A stretch of DNA of 64,000 nt, taken from positions 1-64,000 of the IMG/VR virus record IMGVR_UViG_3300048855_000013; one strand, given 5' to 3'. Made by a program: the position numbers and the translations under genes. Shown here one piece after another: positions 42,246 through 53,925 of this stretch. Under the pieces are notes generated by a model. The model made no database searches. It was not told the DNA's origin and saw only the letters and a list, made by a program, of their open reading frames with translations. Source of the stretch: a virus. Numbering within the stretch: position 1 is the stretch's first letter; each line of letters begins with the position of its first letter.

Positions 42246-45200
42246 ATGGCTGACGATCTAAACATCAGAGGCTCTGTCGATATTCAGACGAGCGCCGCAC
42301 GACGAGCGATGAACGCGCTTGCTCGTGAGATTGAGTCATACAACAAGCTTACCGATAAGAGCAGCGCATCGGCTCGTGCCCAGCGCGCAGGTATCAAGCA
42401 GCTATCTGATACCGTCAACATGCTCACGCAGAACCTCGCTAAGGCTGAGGCTGCACAGAAGAAGCTCAACGCTACTTCAACTGGAAGCACCGTTCGTGCG
42501 CCACAGACAAGCACTCCTGTTGCCGATGCAGGTCTGAACGTATCAGACCGCGCAATGTCACAGGCGGCTAAGTACCGTGTAGATCAGCAGACAGAACTCA
42601 ACGCTAAGAAGCAGCAGGAAGCTGCTATCAATCAGCGCCTGGAAACTGAGTCTCGTGCTGCCCTGAACAATGCTCGCGCAGCGACAGAGAGTGTCAAGCA
42701 GCGCGTAGCTCTGGAGAATGCAGCCGCTGCCGCTGCCCGTCGTTCAGCCGATGCAGCTGAGAAGCACACGCAGCAGCTGAATGGAATGCGCTATGCGCTA
42801 TATGACGTGTCGCGCACCGCGACCGTCAGCTTCGCCGCGCTTACTGCGCTAGCTGTTGCCCCATTCGCTATTGCTGTACAGTGGGAGCGAGACTTCGCTA
42901 ACGTCCAGCGAACTGTTGGTGGCACCTCTGAGGAAATCAAGGCGCTCAAGCAGGACTTCGTAGGACTAGCTCAGACTATTCCTGAGAGTTGGGAAGAGCT
43001 AACCAACATCGGTACTCTGGCGGGACAGCTGGGTATCGCTCGTGAGCAGGTCACTGCGTTCACTGGCGTGGTGGCTAAGTTCTCGGCTACTACAGATGTG
43101 TCTACAAACGACGCTGCTACAGCGTTTGGTCGCCTTGACAACATCCTGCTTGACAGCAGTGGTAACTTCGAGGGACTTGCGTCCTCCGTGCTCCGCGTGG
43201 GTGTGAACTCGGTTGCTACTGAGTCTCAGATTCTCAAGATCAGCACACAGATCGCTTCAACCGCTAAGCTAGCGGGCTTTACTGCTGATGAAGTTATCGG
43301 TCTATCAGGTGCGCTTGCCTCTCTCGGTGTGCCTCCTGAGCTATCGCGTGGTGTTATCACCCGTGTCTTCGGACAGATCAGCCGCGCCATCTCTGAGGGT
43401 GGAACAAACCTCCAGCGCTTTGGTCAGCTGGCGGGCACCTCGGGAACAGAGTTTGCTGCTGCCTGGAATGCAGATGCCGCTGGCACCTTCCAGCAGCTGC
43501 TTGCGGGTATCAAGAGCGAGGGTCCAGCCGCTGAGGCTGCCATCCGTAGCCTGGGCATCACCTCTGTGCGTGACGTTCCTGTTCTTCTTCGTCTGGCTAA
43601 CTCGGGAACCGTTGTTGCTGACGCCTTCCGTGACGCTGCTATTGGTATGAAAGATGCTAGCGAACTGGGTGACCAGTACGCTATCATCGCTTCAACCATT
43701 GACAGCAAGATCAAGATTCTGGGCAACAGCCTACAGGCTCTTGGGGACGCTGTAGGTAGCGGTGGACTGCCCATCATCGGTAGCCTGCTTGACGCTATCA
43801 ATGAGCGCCTTGCACAGTTCACCGACTTCGCTAACACGGATGCTGGACGTTGGGTTACAAGCATCGGCCTTATCGTCGTTGCTGTGGGTGCCCTGCTGTC
43901 TGCTGTTGTTGCTATCGGTTCTATCAGTCTTGCTGGATACGCCGCTCTCATCACAGCGATGGTCGGACTCCAGACCAGTGCCGGTGGTGCGGCTATCAGC
44001 TTTGGTAGCATGAATGCTATGCTTGCAGCTACTGGACCTCTTGGGGCCAAGGCTGCAACAGCCATTCGCTTGCTGGGTACTGCTCTCAAGGCAGCCTCGG
44101 TTATCGGACTGGTGCTGGCCTTCCCTGACGTTGTAGGCTGGGCTCGTGAGGGTCTAGACACGCTCAAGGGCTGGGAGAATACCTACGCTGCTACGATGAA
44201 GCGTGTCACCGAGGTCAACAGTGACTACGCCAGCGGACTATCGAACATCAACGCTGATGCTCCTATCGCTGCCGTAGCCAAGATGAACGACTTCCTTCGT
44301 GGCTCTAGCCGTCTCTTCGCTAATGCTAACCTCAGCTGGGATGCCAGCATCAACGAGGTCAAGAAGCTCGATGATCAGCTAGCCCAGCTAGCCGCCAACG
44401 GCTCTGTGCAGGATCTTCGCGACAAGTTCCAGGAACTGCGTGATGCTACTCCTGAGCTTACATTCAAGCAGCTAATGGATACCCTTCCTGCCCTGCGCGA
44501 CTCAATGACCGCTGCTGGTCTGAGCTTTGGCACAGGTGCTGATGGAGCGGTTACCCTAACTGGTGCTGCTACCGGAACAACCGCAGCTGTCGAGCAGCTG
44601 ACCGAGGCCGAGGAAGAGGCCAACCAGGCTACCCAGGATTTGCTGGATACGTTCGCTAGCGCGGATGCCTCATTCATTGACATTGGTACGATCTACGACA
44701 GCATGATCGAGGCCAACAAGAAGCTGGCTCAGGATACAGCTGACGACACCCTTGAGAATGCTTCGGACTCGTGGCAGGACTACTTCGACGGATTCACTAT
44801 CAATGTCGATGAGTACCTAGCTAACCTACAGAAGATGGTAGACGCCCAGAATAACTGGGAGAAGAACCTACTCACACTCAAGGCAGCCGGTGCTTCTGAT
44901 GAGGTACTGTCTGAGCTATCCAAGCTCGGTGTCGAGGGTGCTCCTCTCGTACAGCAGTTCGTGGATGGACTGGTCAACGGTACTGGGCAGCTGGATACCT
45001 TCACCGAAATTCTCGGCCAAAAGGGTACAGACGCAACAACTGCGTTTGCCACAGCTCTCCAGACAGCTGGGCCTGCGTTCTGGGCCGAGGCTGGTAAGCT
45101 GGGTGACGGTGCCGTACAGGAAATCATCGCCAAGCTTGCTAGCGGCCAGTCTACTGTCGAGCAGATCGTCAAGGACTACAACCTCGACCTAGAGTTCGGG

Positions 45201-45992
45201 ATCAGTCCAGTTGTCGATCCTGCAAAGCAGCAGATTGCCCAGCAGACGCTGATCGATCTTGCCAAGGAACAGGGCGTAGACTACAACCCGTCTGTGCTTG
45301 AGGTTCCGAGCGCAACAGTACAGGCTGCCCTTGACGCACTGGCTAAGGCTCGTGACGCTAAGTACAGCCCCCAGACGGTAGAGACTGCTAAGGCTGCTGT
45401 GGCAGCCGCGCTCGCTGAGCTAGCAGCTACACGTAACCCACTCATCAACCCTGTCGGTAGCAGTAGCTTCTCGGTTATCGAGAACGCGCTCAACGACCTA
45501 GCTCGTGACCGCTATACATCGGTCATTGCCAGCTTCCGTGTTGATGGAGCTATCCCGCCTGGGATCGCTCGACCACCAGGAACCTACAACGGTGGGCTAG
45601 TCGGGGAAGTCCACGGCCTACCAGGATTTGCTGGCGGTGGGTTGGTGGGCGGTGCTCGTGCAGCACAGCGCTATCAGGACACACTGGTGGCGACCCTACG
45701 TCCGCGTGAGTTTGTCGTACAGGAAGATGCCGTGGACCACTATGGTAAGGGCTTCTTCAACGCACTCAACAATCGAGCGCTCGATACGAGCGACTTCATG
45801 CGCCCTGTGCCTGTGGCTCAGCGCCGCAGCAACGGTGGCGGGCCACAGCTGGTTGAACTTGTCGCCAGCGACAAGGCTCTGCTCGCATCGCGCGCCGGGT
45901 CTGGCGTGGCTGTTGTCACATTCGCACCGAGCGAAGCCGCTGCGGCAGCTAGCAAGGGCAACACATCGAACTTCAAGAAGGGTGGGAACTAA
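42246..45992 (+). CDS. tape measure protein
   Basis: 1248 aa, Ala-rich coiled coils and TM segments. Confidence 0.8.
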   Translation: MADDLNIRGSVDIQTSAARRAMNALAREIESYNKLTDKSSASARAQRAGIKQLSDTVNMLTQNLAKAEAAQKKLNATSTGSTVRAPQTSTPVADAGLNVSDRAMSQAAKYRVDQQTELNAKKQQEAAINQRLETESRAALNNARAATESVKQRVALENAAAAAARRSADAAEKHTQQLNGMRYALYDVSRTATVSFAALTALAVAPFAIAVQWERDFANVQRTVGGTSEEIKALKQDFVGLAQTIPESWEELTNIGTLAGQLGIAREQVTAFTGVVAKFSATTDVSTNDAATAFGRLDNILLDSSGNFEGLASSVLRVGVNSVATESQILKISTQIASTAKLAGFTADEVIGLSGALASLGVPPELSRGVITRVFGQISRAISEGGTNLQRFGQLAGTSGTEFAAAWNADAAGTFQQLLAGIKSEGPAAEAAIRSLGITSVRDVPVLLRLANSGTVVADAFRDAAIGMKDASELGDQYAIIASTIDSKIKILGNSLQALGDAVGSGGLPIIGSLLDAINERLAQFTDFANTDAGRWVTSIGLIVVAVGALLSAVVAIGSISLAGYAALITAMVGLQTSAGGAAISFGSMNAMLAATGPLGAKAATAIRLLGTALKAASVIGLVLAFPDVVGWAREGLDTLKGWENTYAATMKRVTEVNSDYASGLSNINADAPIAAVAKMNDFLRGSSRLFANANLSWDASINEVKKLDDQLAQLAANGSVQDLRDKFQELRDATPELTFKQLMDTLPALRDSMTAAGLSFGTGADGAVTLTGAATGTTAAVEQLTEAEEEANQATQDLLDTFASADASFIDIGTIYDSMIEANKKLAQDTADDTLENASDSWQDYFDGFTINVDEYLANLQKMVDAQNNWEKNLLTLKAAGASDEVLSELSKLGVEGAPLVQQFVDGLVNGTGQLDTFTEILGQKGTDATTAFATALQTAGPAFWAEAGKLGDGAVQEIIAKLASGQSTVEQIVKDYNLDLEFGISPVVDPAKQQIAQQTLIDLAKEQGVDYNPSVLEVPSATVQAALDALAKARDAKYSPQTVETAKAAVAAALAELAATRNPLINPVGSSSFSVIENALNDLARDRYTSVIASFRVDGAIPPGIARPPGTYNGGLVGEVHGLPGFAGGGLVGGARAAQRYQDTLVATLRPREFVVQEDAVDHYGKGFFNALNNRALDTSDFMRPVPVAQRRSNGGGPQLVELVASDKALLASRAGSGVAVVTFAPSEAAAAASKGNTSNFKKGGN

Positions 45993-46843
45993 TGGTACAC
46001 GAACGTGAAATGTACATCGGTACTCGCGAGCGTGGCGTGTGGGTTCCTGCCCCGAAGATCAGCAACTACGAGAACTCAGCGGTGGGGTGGCAGACACGGC
46101 AGGACTTCCTCAATGGAGGTGTTCGTGTCCGTCGCTCCATCGCTTCTCACCGCAAGTATTCCTTCACTTGGGACTACATCAGCCGTGAGAATGCTCGTAA
46201 GATCACTGACCTCTATGGTGGGCTGTCAGGCACTGGGCCGATTTACTTCCTCGACCCGTTCGCTATCGATCAGAACCTGGCACCCGCACACTGGGCTGCT
46301 CCAATGCAGGGAGCGTACGATGCTCCGCTGCTCATCAAGGGAGCCAAGCCTACGCTGTCTGACACGTCAGCTGTAAACAACCTGGGGTATCCGCTCAAGA
46401 CAGCGACTTACCCTAGCAGTTCGGGCGAGAAGCGCAAGCTCTTCGTTCCGCTGCCTGATGGGTTCACACTGTGGGCTGGTGTTCACGGACCTGTGACTGG
46501 CGGCACTGTCACCGCAGCCCCTGTGCTAACCGGTAACTCGGTCGGTACAGCTGTAGGGCTCACTGCCCTAGGAACAGACTCTACGACCCGCGTCAACACA
46601 TCGTGGGCGCAGTCATCTGGGTACTCTGGAGTCGAGTTTTCGGTCCAGGATGCTGTTAGCTACACTGGCCTCATCATCCAGGTGCTCCCCACAGGGGCTA
46701 CACCGGCCACTGGCGGGTTTATTTCGGGTCAGGGGCACTCGGGGTCGGACTTCACATCTACGCCCCACCAGGAGCCGTACAGCGCCGCTCGTGACTATGT
46801 GGGTGTGACGGTCGAACTAGAAGAAACGAATGATTGGCTCTAA
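45992..46843 (+). CDS. distal tail protein (Dit-like minor tail protein)
   Basis: Synteny directly after the tape-measure gene. Confidence 0.45.
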   Translation: MVHEREMYIGTRERGVWVPAPKISNYENSAVGWQTRQDFLNGGVRVRRSIASHRKYSFTWDYISRENARKITDLYGGLSGTGPIYFLDPFAIDQNLAPAHWAAPMQGAYDAPLLIKGAKPTLSDTSAVNNLGYPLKTATYPSSSGEKRKLFVPLPDGFTLWAGVHGPVTGGTVTAAPVLTGNSVGTAVGLTALGTDSTTRVNTSWAQSSGYSGVEFSVQDAVSYTGLIIQVLPTGATPATGGFISGQGHSGSDFTSTPHQEPYSAARDYVGVTVELEETNDWL

Positions 46844-49593
46844 TGGCTATTGAGATTGAGGTTCTCGCTGGTAAGGGTGGCTGGGAAGGTTCCAAGGGGA
46901 ACCTGACCGGCTACACCTACAAGGAGGCAGCGACCCCACTCGCAGCTGACGACTCGTCAGGTGCAACACCTTCCTTCACAGCCGGGGTGTCCGAGGATGA
47001 CGACATCAACGGTACCTTTGCGCTGCTCGAAAGTAAGATCAAGCTGACGGACGACCTCGCTGGTAACACTGTTGGTGTGGTTCGTGCAATTAGTTCGACG
47101 GACGGAGCAGCTGGGCTAGAGATTGAATCGATCCTCTCAGCGCTGAACGCAGATGTATCCGTAGCTCCGTACAACGGAACTCTGTCAGGAGCCGTCACCT
47201 TCTACATGACCGTGGCTGGCATTGCCGGGAGCGACTACTCTGTAGACCCCGACATCGCAACGCGCAACGTTACCTTCCCCGGTTGGTATGGCCCTATCTG
47301 GGATAACCTCAAGCGCATGTGCATCGCCCAGCAGATTGAGATTGCAGCAGTCAACGGTCGTATCATCTTCCGTGCTGTGCGCAAGCTGACGGGTAATGAC
47401 GAGCGCAACATGAGCGTACGTTTCGATGTGGATAACCAGACTATTGCCAAGGCTGTCGAGGTCTACTACTACAACAATGAGTATCGTGCCAATGGCCTGT
47501 TCTACCCGCTCAGCGGAGCAGAGGCTACCCCCTTCCAAGTTGGTGCAGGCGAGGTAACCGTCACTTCTGTGCCGATCAACGCCTACATCTCAACTATCGC
47601 GCAGCCGATCCCTGCCATCTCTGTGCCGCTGGAAGCTACGACAGCGAGTATCTACACCGTCATCGACAAGGACGGTGCTATTGTTGACCCTGCCGTCTGG
47701 GCTGGCTCTGGTGGATCGATTACAGCTGCGGCTGGCAACGACCCTGACGAGCTTATCATCACCGTCACAGGTGCTGCTATCGATGCGCGTGCTCCGTTCC
47801 GTATCGCTATGCCGATGAACCCTCTCGACAAGGAGAACAAGGATACCTTTCCGTCGCTTCGTATTGCAGGCTCGGGTGTCTTCTTCAACAAGAAGCTATT
47901 CACCATTCCCACAGGAGCAGACCCTAAGCTAGCCATCGCTGCTGTGGGTCAGACTATCGACAACCCCTTCATCAGCACAGTAGACCAGGCATCCAAGGCT
48001 GGTGTGCTTGCTGCTAAGAACTGGTCTGGGCGCAACAAGACGCTTTCGATCAAGGCTACTAGTGTGGCTAACATCGGGCTCAATGGCTCAATTGTCTTCT
48101 ACCCATACAGCCAGTTCCAGGTGGATGAGGTAGGTCACACCTACGCGCAGTTCCAGACCGCATGGTCGGGCAAGACTTACAGTGACTTCGTGGCGTACGC
48201 ACGACAGAAGAGCGTAGATCAGAAGCTTGTTCAGGCGTTCGGTAACATCGTTGGTGCCCGCATTCCCTTCCGTGATTCTATGTATCGTATCCGCGATGTG
48301 CAGTATAGTGAAGAGGGATTGAATTATACGGCAGAGTCTGATACAATTGCGAAAGACTTCGCCTCTCGATTTTCTGGTGTTTCATACGACCAGTATGCTA
48401 CTACCGTTGCTGGACGAACATATAACGATTTCGCCCTAGCGCCGCTCTACCGTGCACCTATCTTTGACACAATGCGTAAGAATGTGCACTGGAATCCCAA
48501 GGCTCAGAACAATGCTACTGGGTTCCAGGGAGCTAATGGTTCTGTTGTTAGTCGTGTGGCTAACACCGTTCTCGGAACAGCGTTTGCAATGAAGACGGAG
48601 TTTCCAACCGGAGGTGTAACAGACACCGGCATCAACATGACTACTAGTATGAATTTCAACAACAGTAGCATTCTGCCGAATACCACATACACGATGTCAT
48701 TCGATATTGTGGCTACCTTTACTGGCCCACTGCGCTTCTCGCGACAGGGTAACGGCCAGGCAACTGGACAGTCGCTACATCTAGCATTCAATGTGGTAGC
48801 TAATGTTCCCCAGCGAGTGAGTTTTCAGTTCACTACAGGGTCAACACCCGGTGGCGGGTTCTCACTATATGTACTGCGTGGTACGGCTAATCAGACCGGA
48901 ACCTTCTACACCAGTAAGTTCATGATCACGGAGGGCACCTACAACGGTGTGTTCAGCGATGGTGATACACCAGGGTGGCGTTGGCTTGGGTCGAGTGGTA
49001 ACAGTGCTAGCTCTGGATTTGAGTACACTCTTGAAAGAGCAGCGGGCCAGAGTATTTGGCTGGATGTCGAGGGTGTGGGTAATGCCACAGATACTGTCAA
49101 GCTGGCAGCCAATGAGGATCGTACTGCCTTTGCCGTGTACGATATTCTGGGAATGACTATGTACCCTACCCTCATCAATCTCCGCGATACTGCTGATGCA
49201 AACCGTAGCACTCGTCTGTATGCTCACAACACCATCGACAGTCGTGTCTTTGCTCGTGTGCAGCTGAGCAGCACTGTCGGACAGTACCAGGACATTTCAC
49301 TGAACGCTACTGGACTTCGAACCAATGGTCGTCGTCTGGGCGGTTTCCGTACTACTAACAATATGTCGAGTGCTTCCGCCTTTGCTGTAACACCGGCTGG
49401 ATTCCTGGCTTCATTTAGTCAGGGCTTCTCCTCTACTATTCAGCACCAGGCGAATATGATTCAGGCTGCGAACACAGCCGATCATAACATCATTCGCACC
49501 ATCGCGTTCAAGGGCTCTGTAACCGATACTCAGCTTACTAATGTTGCCAAGTGGCTTGCTAACAAGTACAACGTATATGTCACTGGCATCTAA
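46834..49593 (+). CDS. minor tail protein (Tal-like tip/hub, 919 aa)
   Basis: Synteny and size. Confidence 0.5.
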   Translation: MALMAIEIEVLAGKGGWEGSKGNLTGYTYKEAATPLAADDSSGATPSFTAGVSEDDDINGTFALLESKIKLTDDLAGNTVGVVRAISSTDGAAGLEIESILSALNADVSVAPYNGTLSGAVTFYMTVAGIAGSDYSVDPDIATRNVTFPGWYGPIWDNLKRMCIAQQIEIAAVNGRIIFRAVRKLTGNDERNMSVRFDVDNQTIAKAVEVYYYNNEYRANGLFYPLSGAEATPFQVGAGEVTVTSVPINAYISTIAQPIPAISVPLEATTASIYTVIDKDGAIVDPAVWAGSGGSITAAAGNDPDELIITVTGAAIDARAPFRIAMPMNPLDKENKDTFPSLRIAGSGVFFNKKLFTIPTGADPKLAIAAVGQTIDNPFISTVDQASKAGVLAAKNWSGRNKTLSIKATSVANIGLNGSIVFYPYSQFQVDEVGHTYAQFQTAWSGKTYSDFVAYARQKSVDQKLVQAFGNIVGARIPFRDSMYRIRDVQYSEEGLNYTAESDTIAKDFASRFSGVSYDQYATTVAGRTYNDFALAPLYRAPIFDTMRKNVHWNPKAQNNATGFQGANGSVVSRVANTVLGTAFAMKTEFPTGGVTDTGINMTTSMNFNNSSILPNTTYTMSFDIVATFTGPLRFSRQGNGQATGQSLHLAFNVVANVPQRVSFQFTTGSTPGGGFSLYVLRGTANQTGTFYTSKFMITEGTYNGVFSDGDTPGWRWLGSSGNSASSGFEYTLERAAGQSIWLDVEGVGNATDTVKLAANEDRTAFAVYDILGMTMYPTLINLRDTADANRSTRLYAHNTIDSRVFARVQLSSTVGQYQDISLNATGLRTNGRRLGGFRTTNNMSSASAFAVTPAGFLASFSQGFSSTIQHQANMIQAANTADHNIIRTIAFKGSVTDTQLTNVAKWLANKYNVYVTGI

Positions 49594-49601
49594 GGAGACA
49601 A

Positions 49602-51911
49602 ATGGTAGACACACTACCTCCAATCAATCTGCCTGATGCGGCTCTGCCGTGGGCAAAGGAAGTGGAACGCCGTCTACGCCAGACCTCTACGCGAGTTCGT
49701 CAGACAGCAGATCAGCAGCAGGCAACCGCCTCTGCTGTTTCTGCTGCTAACGACTCAGCTACACACGCTGCCGTTCAGATCAACGACGACCGTCGTGTGC
49801 CTGCGCAGACTGGTGGTGTCGCTGCTGTAGGGGATGGCTACTACGACAACGACGGTGTGTCCCGTGGATACGTCACCGTTACCTGGGATGTGGCGCTACT
49901 TGGTGCTGATGGCGCGGAGATGACAGGCGTTCAGTATGAGGTCTGGTATCGTAACTCCAGTGAGCCTGAGTCGGCTATGCGCCGCTCAACTACGACTGCT
50001 GACATCAGCACTCGTATCAACAACCTAGAGACTGCCAAGGTCTACTACATCCAGGTCCGTACGCTTTCTGCCACAGGAGTTCCCGGAGCATTCTCACCTA
50101 TCGTCACTGCGACGACTGCTGTACCCTCCACTGTGCCTCCAGCGCCCACAGCGCCTCAGCTGGCGTCTTCGCTCGGTACTGTGGCAGCTACGTGGGATGG
50201 ACTAGACTCTACAGCAGCACCTATGCCCAAGTGGGTGAACAAGGTTCAGCTGTATGTGTCTACTACTGCGGGAGGAACCTACACAGCAACAGGTCCGCAG
50301 CTGCTCAAGGCTGGTACGGTCACCATCACAGGACTCACTGTCGGATCGACCTACTACTTCAAGTGGGCTGGTGTAGCCTACACGGGCACTGTTGGCACGC
50401 TGTCGGCCTCAAATTCCACAACCGTCCAGGGTATCGCCCCCGTTGATATTAGTGGCCTGACGGCTAACCTGGCGACGATGAACGCCAACACAGCTAACGC
50501 ATTCGCCAATGCTAACGCTGCATTTGCGCAGGCTAATACTGCATCTGCGTATGCATCTTCAATCGTAGCGTCATCCCCCGATATGTTCAGCAACCCTGGA
50601 TTTGAGGATGACTCCTTCTGGACGCTGACTGGTAGTTCAATCTACAGCACTGCACAGTCACACACTGGGCTGCGTAACGTTATCACTGGTGGAGCACTAG
50701 GTGAGATTCTGTCTCCGCTGTTTCCCACTATTGCAGGAACAGCGTATCGTGTCACCTACTGGGTGTACTCGGGTTCTGTGCCTGCGGGTGGGATTCGAGT
50801 AGCTAACTCTGCTGGTGCAACTATCGGCGGACTACAGCTAGCCCTCACCAACACAGGCAACACCTGGCAGAAGGTCGTTTACGAGTTCGTAATCCCTGCT
50901 GGGGTAACGCAGTTCAGGATTCGGTGGGCATCCTCATCAGGGACATGGCGTCTAGATGATGTATCGCTGCTAGACATCACAGATATCTATTACGCATCTC
51001 TCAACTCTGAGGCTGCGTATGACCAGGCCAATACTGCTACAAGCGATGCGGCAAACGCCGCTGCTAACGCAGCAACAGCCCAGTCCACAGCTAATGGTAA
51101 GAGCACCACCTATCGCAGCGCCGACGCTGCACCTACAACAGGTCTACCCGGCATCTATCGCGAGGGTGACCTGTGGTTTCAGTATGTTGGTGGTGTCATT
51201 GTCGGGCAGTGGCGCTTTACCTCAGGATCGTTCTCGTCACAGCCTATCGACAACGCAGTCATTGCGAACCTCGATGCGGGTAAGATCAACACTGGACTAC
51301 TGAGTGCTGATCGTATTGGAGTAGGCTCGCTTGATGCTAAGGTACTTACGGCCAACACTGCTTATGCCTATGAACTCATCGTGCCTGGTAGCATCGTTGC
51401 TAACCTTATGGATGTGGGATCGGTCACAGCGGGAGCTATTGCTGTAGGAGCCATCCAGGCTATTCACATGGATGTAGACTCGGTGACATCCAACGCTATT
51501 GCGTCGGGCAACATTCTAACCAACCACATTGGTGCCGGTCAGGTTGTCACCTCGCATCTTGCAGCTGACGTAGGTGGACAGCTGGACATCAGTGCCAACG
51601 ACTCGGTGAACATCATCGTGGGTCAGATCGGTGCCGTGTCCAACACTGCCACAGCTACGGCAGATAGCCTAGATGACATGCAGACCTTCTATCAGTTCGG
51701 TCCAACCGGAGCCGTTATTTCTAGCCCCGACTCACTGACTGCTCTTGCTCTCCGCAATGACCGTATCGAAATTCTCCAGTCAGGTGCTGTGGTGTCGTAC
51801 TGGAACGCCGGTCAGATGTTCGTCAAGTCGTTCGTTGGTGAAGAGGTTATCCTCGGTAACCACAAGATTGAAAAGTATGGTACTGGTACCGTAGTAAGGA
51901 GCCTTAGCTAA
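49602..51911 (+). CDS. minor tail protein with fibronectin-III-like domain(s)
   Basis: YEVWYRN...YYIQVRTLSATGVPGAFSP FN3-like segment. 769 aa. Confidence 0.5.
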   Translation: MVDTLPPINLPDAALPWAKEVERRLRQTSTRVRQTADQQQATASAVSAANDSATHAAVQINDDRRVPAQTGGVAAVGDGYYDNDGVSRGYVTVTWDVALLGADGAEMTGVQYEVWYRNSSEPESAMRRSTTTADISTRINNLETAKVYYIQVRTLSATGVPGAFSPIVTATTAVPSTVPPAPTAPQLASSLGTVAATWDGLDSTAAPMPKWVNKVQLYVSTTAGGTYTATGPQLLKAGTVTITGLTVGSTYYFKWAGVAYTGTVGTLSASNSTTVQGIAPVDISGLTANLATMNANTANAFANANAAFAQANTASAYASSIVASSPDMFSNPGFEDDSFWTLTGSSIYSTAQSHTGLRNVITGGALGEILSPLFPTIAGTAYRVTYWVYSGSVPAGGIRVANSAGATIGGLQLALTNTGNTWQKVVYEFVIPAGVTQFRIRWASSSGTWRLDDVSLLDITDIYYASLNSEAAYDQANTATSDAANAAANAATAQSTANGKSTTYRSADAAPTTGLPGIYREGDLWFQYVGGVIVGQWRFTSGSFSSQPIDNAVIANLDAGKINTGLLSADRIGVGSLDAKVLTANTAYAYELIVPGSIVANLMDVGSVTAGAIAVGAIQAIHMDVDSVTSNAIASGNILTNHIGAGQVVTSHLAADVGGQLDISANDSVNIIVGQIGAVSNTATATADSLDDMQTFYQFGPTGAVISSPDSLTALALRNDRIEILQSGAVVSYWNAGQMFVKSFVGEEVILGNHKIEKYGTGTVVRSLS

Positions 51912-53893
51912 TGGCTAACTGGGATGCCGGTCTAAACAATGGTGCGTTCCTGCGCCTCGGTGTAGACCAGATCAATCAGAGTGTCAATGACAATGCTTCT
52001 GCTGACTCATGGATTCTTGTTATGGCACGAGGCTCTAACACAGCTTCGTGGACGGGATCGCCTATTGCGTGGAACGTCAACATCAATGGTACGCCTTACA
52101 GCGGAACATTCACCTTCGACTTCCGTAGCTCAGACTCCGTAGTCATCGCCTCCAGCACCATCGTAGTTCCCCACAACTCTGATGGAACCAAGACCATCGC
52201 TGTGTCTGCCTCAATTGGCCCTACAGGCACAGCGGTGGGTGGACCTGCTTCGGTCAGCGGTAACTTCACGCAGACTACGATCCCTCGTGCTTCCAACATC
52301 ACCCTGAGCAACGGAGACTTCGTTGCTGCTGGTGGGAACATGACGGTCTTCACCAACCGTGCCTCGACTAGCTTTACCCACGACGTTGACTACACCTTCG
52401 CTGCTGCATCGGGTCGTGCGCTAACCAACATCACCGACTCTGGTGTGTGGACCGCGCCGCTATCGTTGATGAATCAGATTCCAAACGCTACAGTTGGCTA
52501 TGGAACCTTCATCACCAAGACCTACTCGACTGGGGGCTCTTACGTCGGCCAGTCCAACAAGGTCTTCGGCGTTACTGTTCCGTCTAACATCGTTCCTACG
52601 GTCACGGGCATCACTCTCTCCGAAGCAACGACTACGCCCAACGTATCTGGGCTCGTAGGTGCCTACGTCAAGGGAATCTCTAAGCTCAACTTCTCGATGA
52701 CAGGTGTAAGCGGTGTCTATGGCTCAACCATCACAGCCCGCAAGCTGGAGGTTGCGGGACAGACCATCAGCACACAGTCAGGAGCTACACCAGCCCCGAT
52801 CAATGCCTCAGGCACTGTGCCGGTCAAGGCTACGGTTACTGACTCGCGTGGTCGTACTGCATCGTACACACAGAACATCACCGTTCTCAACTACGCCCCT
52901 CCAGTCATCAACTCTATCGGATTCCAGCGCGCTCTGAGTGATGGTACTCCCAACAATGAGGGCACCTACATCCGTATCAACATGAACCTCACGGCTTCAT
53001 CGCTGATGAACGGCACTGAAAAGAACAGCCTCACATATCGCATCTCCACACGTCAGCGTGGTACGACAACTTGGATTCCTAAGACCCCCGTCACCGTTAC
53101 GGGACTGAACTTCACCAACTACGCCGTGATTGGTACTTACCCTATCACACAGGCGTTCGAAGTCATGGTCGAGGTCTACGACATCTTCGCCACCTCCACT
53201 GTGCAGAGCACTGTGTCCACCTCTGCTGTGTTCATGGACTGGCAGAGCGTAGGTATGGGAATCGGGAAGTTCTGGGAGAAGGGAACGCTCGACATCGCGG
53301 GTAACGTGTATGTCGAGGGACGCCTGTTCGGTACTCCTGCTATCCCTACGTCGGCTCGCGCAGCTATGTTCCCCAGCCCCGTTGCTGGTGATCGCTACTA
53401 TGACCTCACACTAATGTGTGAGATGACGTACTTTACTGTGGCTACAGGCGTGGTTCGTGTAGCTGGCTGGTACCCTGTAACTGGAGCACTGCCCAGCTGG
53501 AACCTTACCCGCAGTTCGGCGCAGAGCATGCCATCAGGTGTGCTAACTAACGTCGCATGGAACGGGTGGGATCAGCAGCCAGCAGCAGCGTGGGGTGGTG
53601 GAGGTATCTTCGCTTCGCCTTCCGTTACCATTCCCCAGGCGGGTAAGTACATGGTGTCGTTCTCGGCATCCATTGCACTGTCCACGCCTGTACGACTTAT
53701 CTCCCGCATCACCGTGAACAGTACATTCTATGAGTCCGGTATGCAGTCCGGGGCAGGCACCTCTGTGCACAAGCAGGAGGAGATTCTCAACCTAGCATCT
53801 GGTGATGTGGTCACCCTGTCGTTCCGTCAGGATGACTCTACACGCAACCTGGATAGTGCGCGATTCAACTTCGCATACTTGATGCCCGCCTAA
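51911..53893 (+). CDS. minor tail protein or tail fibre (660 aa)
   Basis: Ser/Thr/Gly-rich beta protein. Synteny. Confidence 0.45.
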   Translation: MANWDAGLNNGAFLRLGVDQINQSVNDNASADSWILVMARGSNTASWTGSPIAWNVNINGTPYSGTFTFDFRSSDSVVIASSTIVVPHNSDGTKTIAVSASIGPTGTAVGGPASVSGNFTQTTIPRASNITLSNGDFVAAGGNMTVFTNRASTSFTHDVDYTFAAASGRALTNITDSGVWTAPLSLMNQIPNATVGYGTFITKTYSTGGSYVGQSNKVFGVTVPSNIVPTVTGITLSEATTTPNVSGLVGAYVKGISKLNFSMTGVSGVYGSTITARKLEVAGQTISTQSGATPAPINASGTVPVKATVTDSRGRTASYTQNITVLNYAPPVINSIGFQRALSDGTPNNEGTYIRINMNLTASSLMNGTEKNSLTYRISTRQRGTTTWIPKTPVTVTGLNFTNYAVIGTYPITQAFEVMVEVYDIFATSTVQSTVSTSAVFMDWQSVGMGIGKFWEKGTLDIAGNVYVEGRLFGTPAIPTSARAAMFPSPVAGDRYYDLTLMCEMTYFTVATGVVRVAGWYPVTGALPSWNLTRSSAQSMPSGVLTNVAWNGWDQQPAAAWGGGGIFASPSVTIPQAGKYMVSFSASIALSTPVRLISRITVNSTFYESGMQSGAGTSVHKQEEILNLASGDVVTLSFRQDDSTRNLDSARFNFAYLMPA

Positions 53894-53925
53894 CACTATT
53901 TTCGAGAAAGTGATACAATAGATAA

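Noticed and set aside
43424-44167. 247-aa minus-strand ORF and other antisense ORFs within the tape-measure gene
   Set aside because: Ala/Pro/Ser-rich antisense frames of an Ala-rich gene. The tape-measure protein frame is unambiguous.
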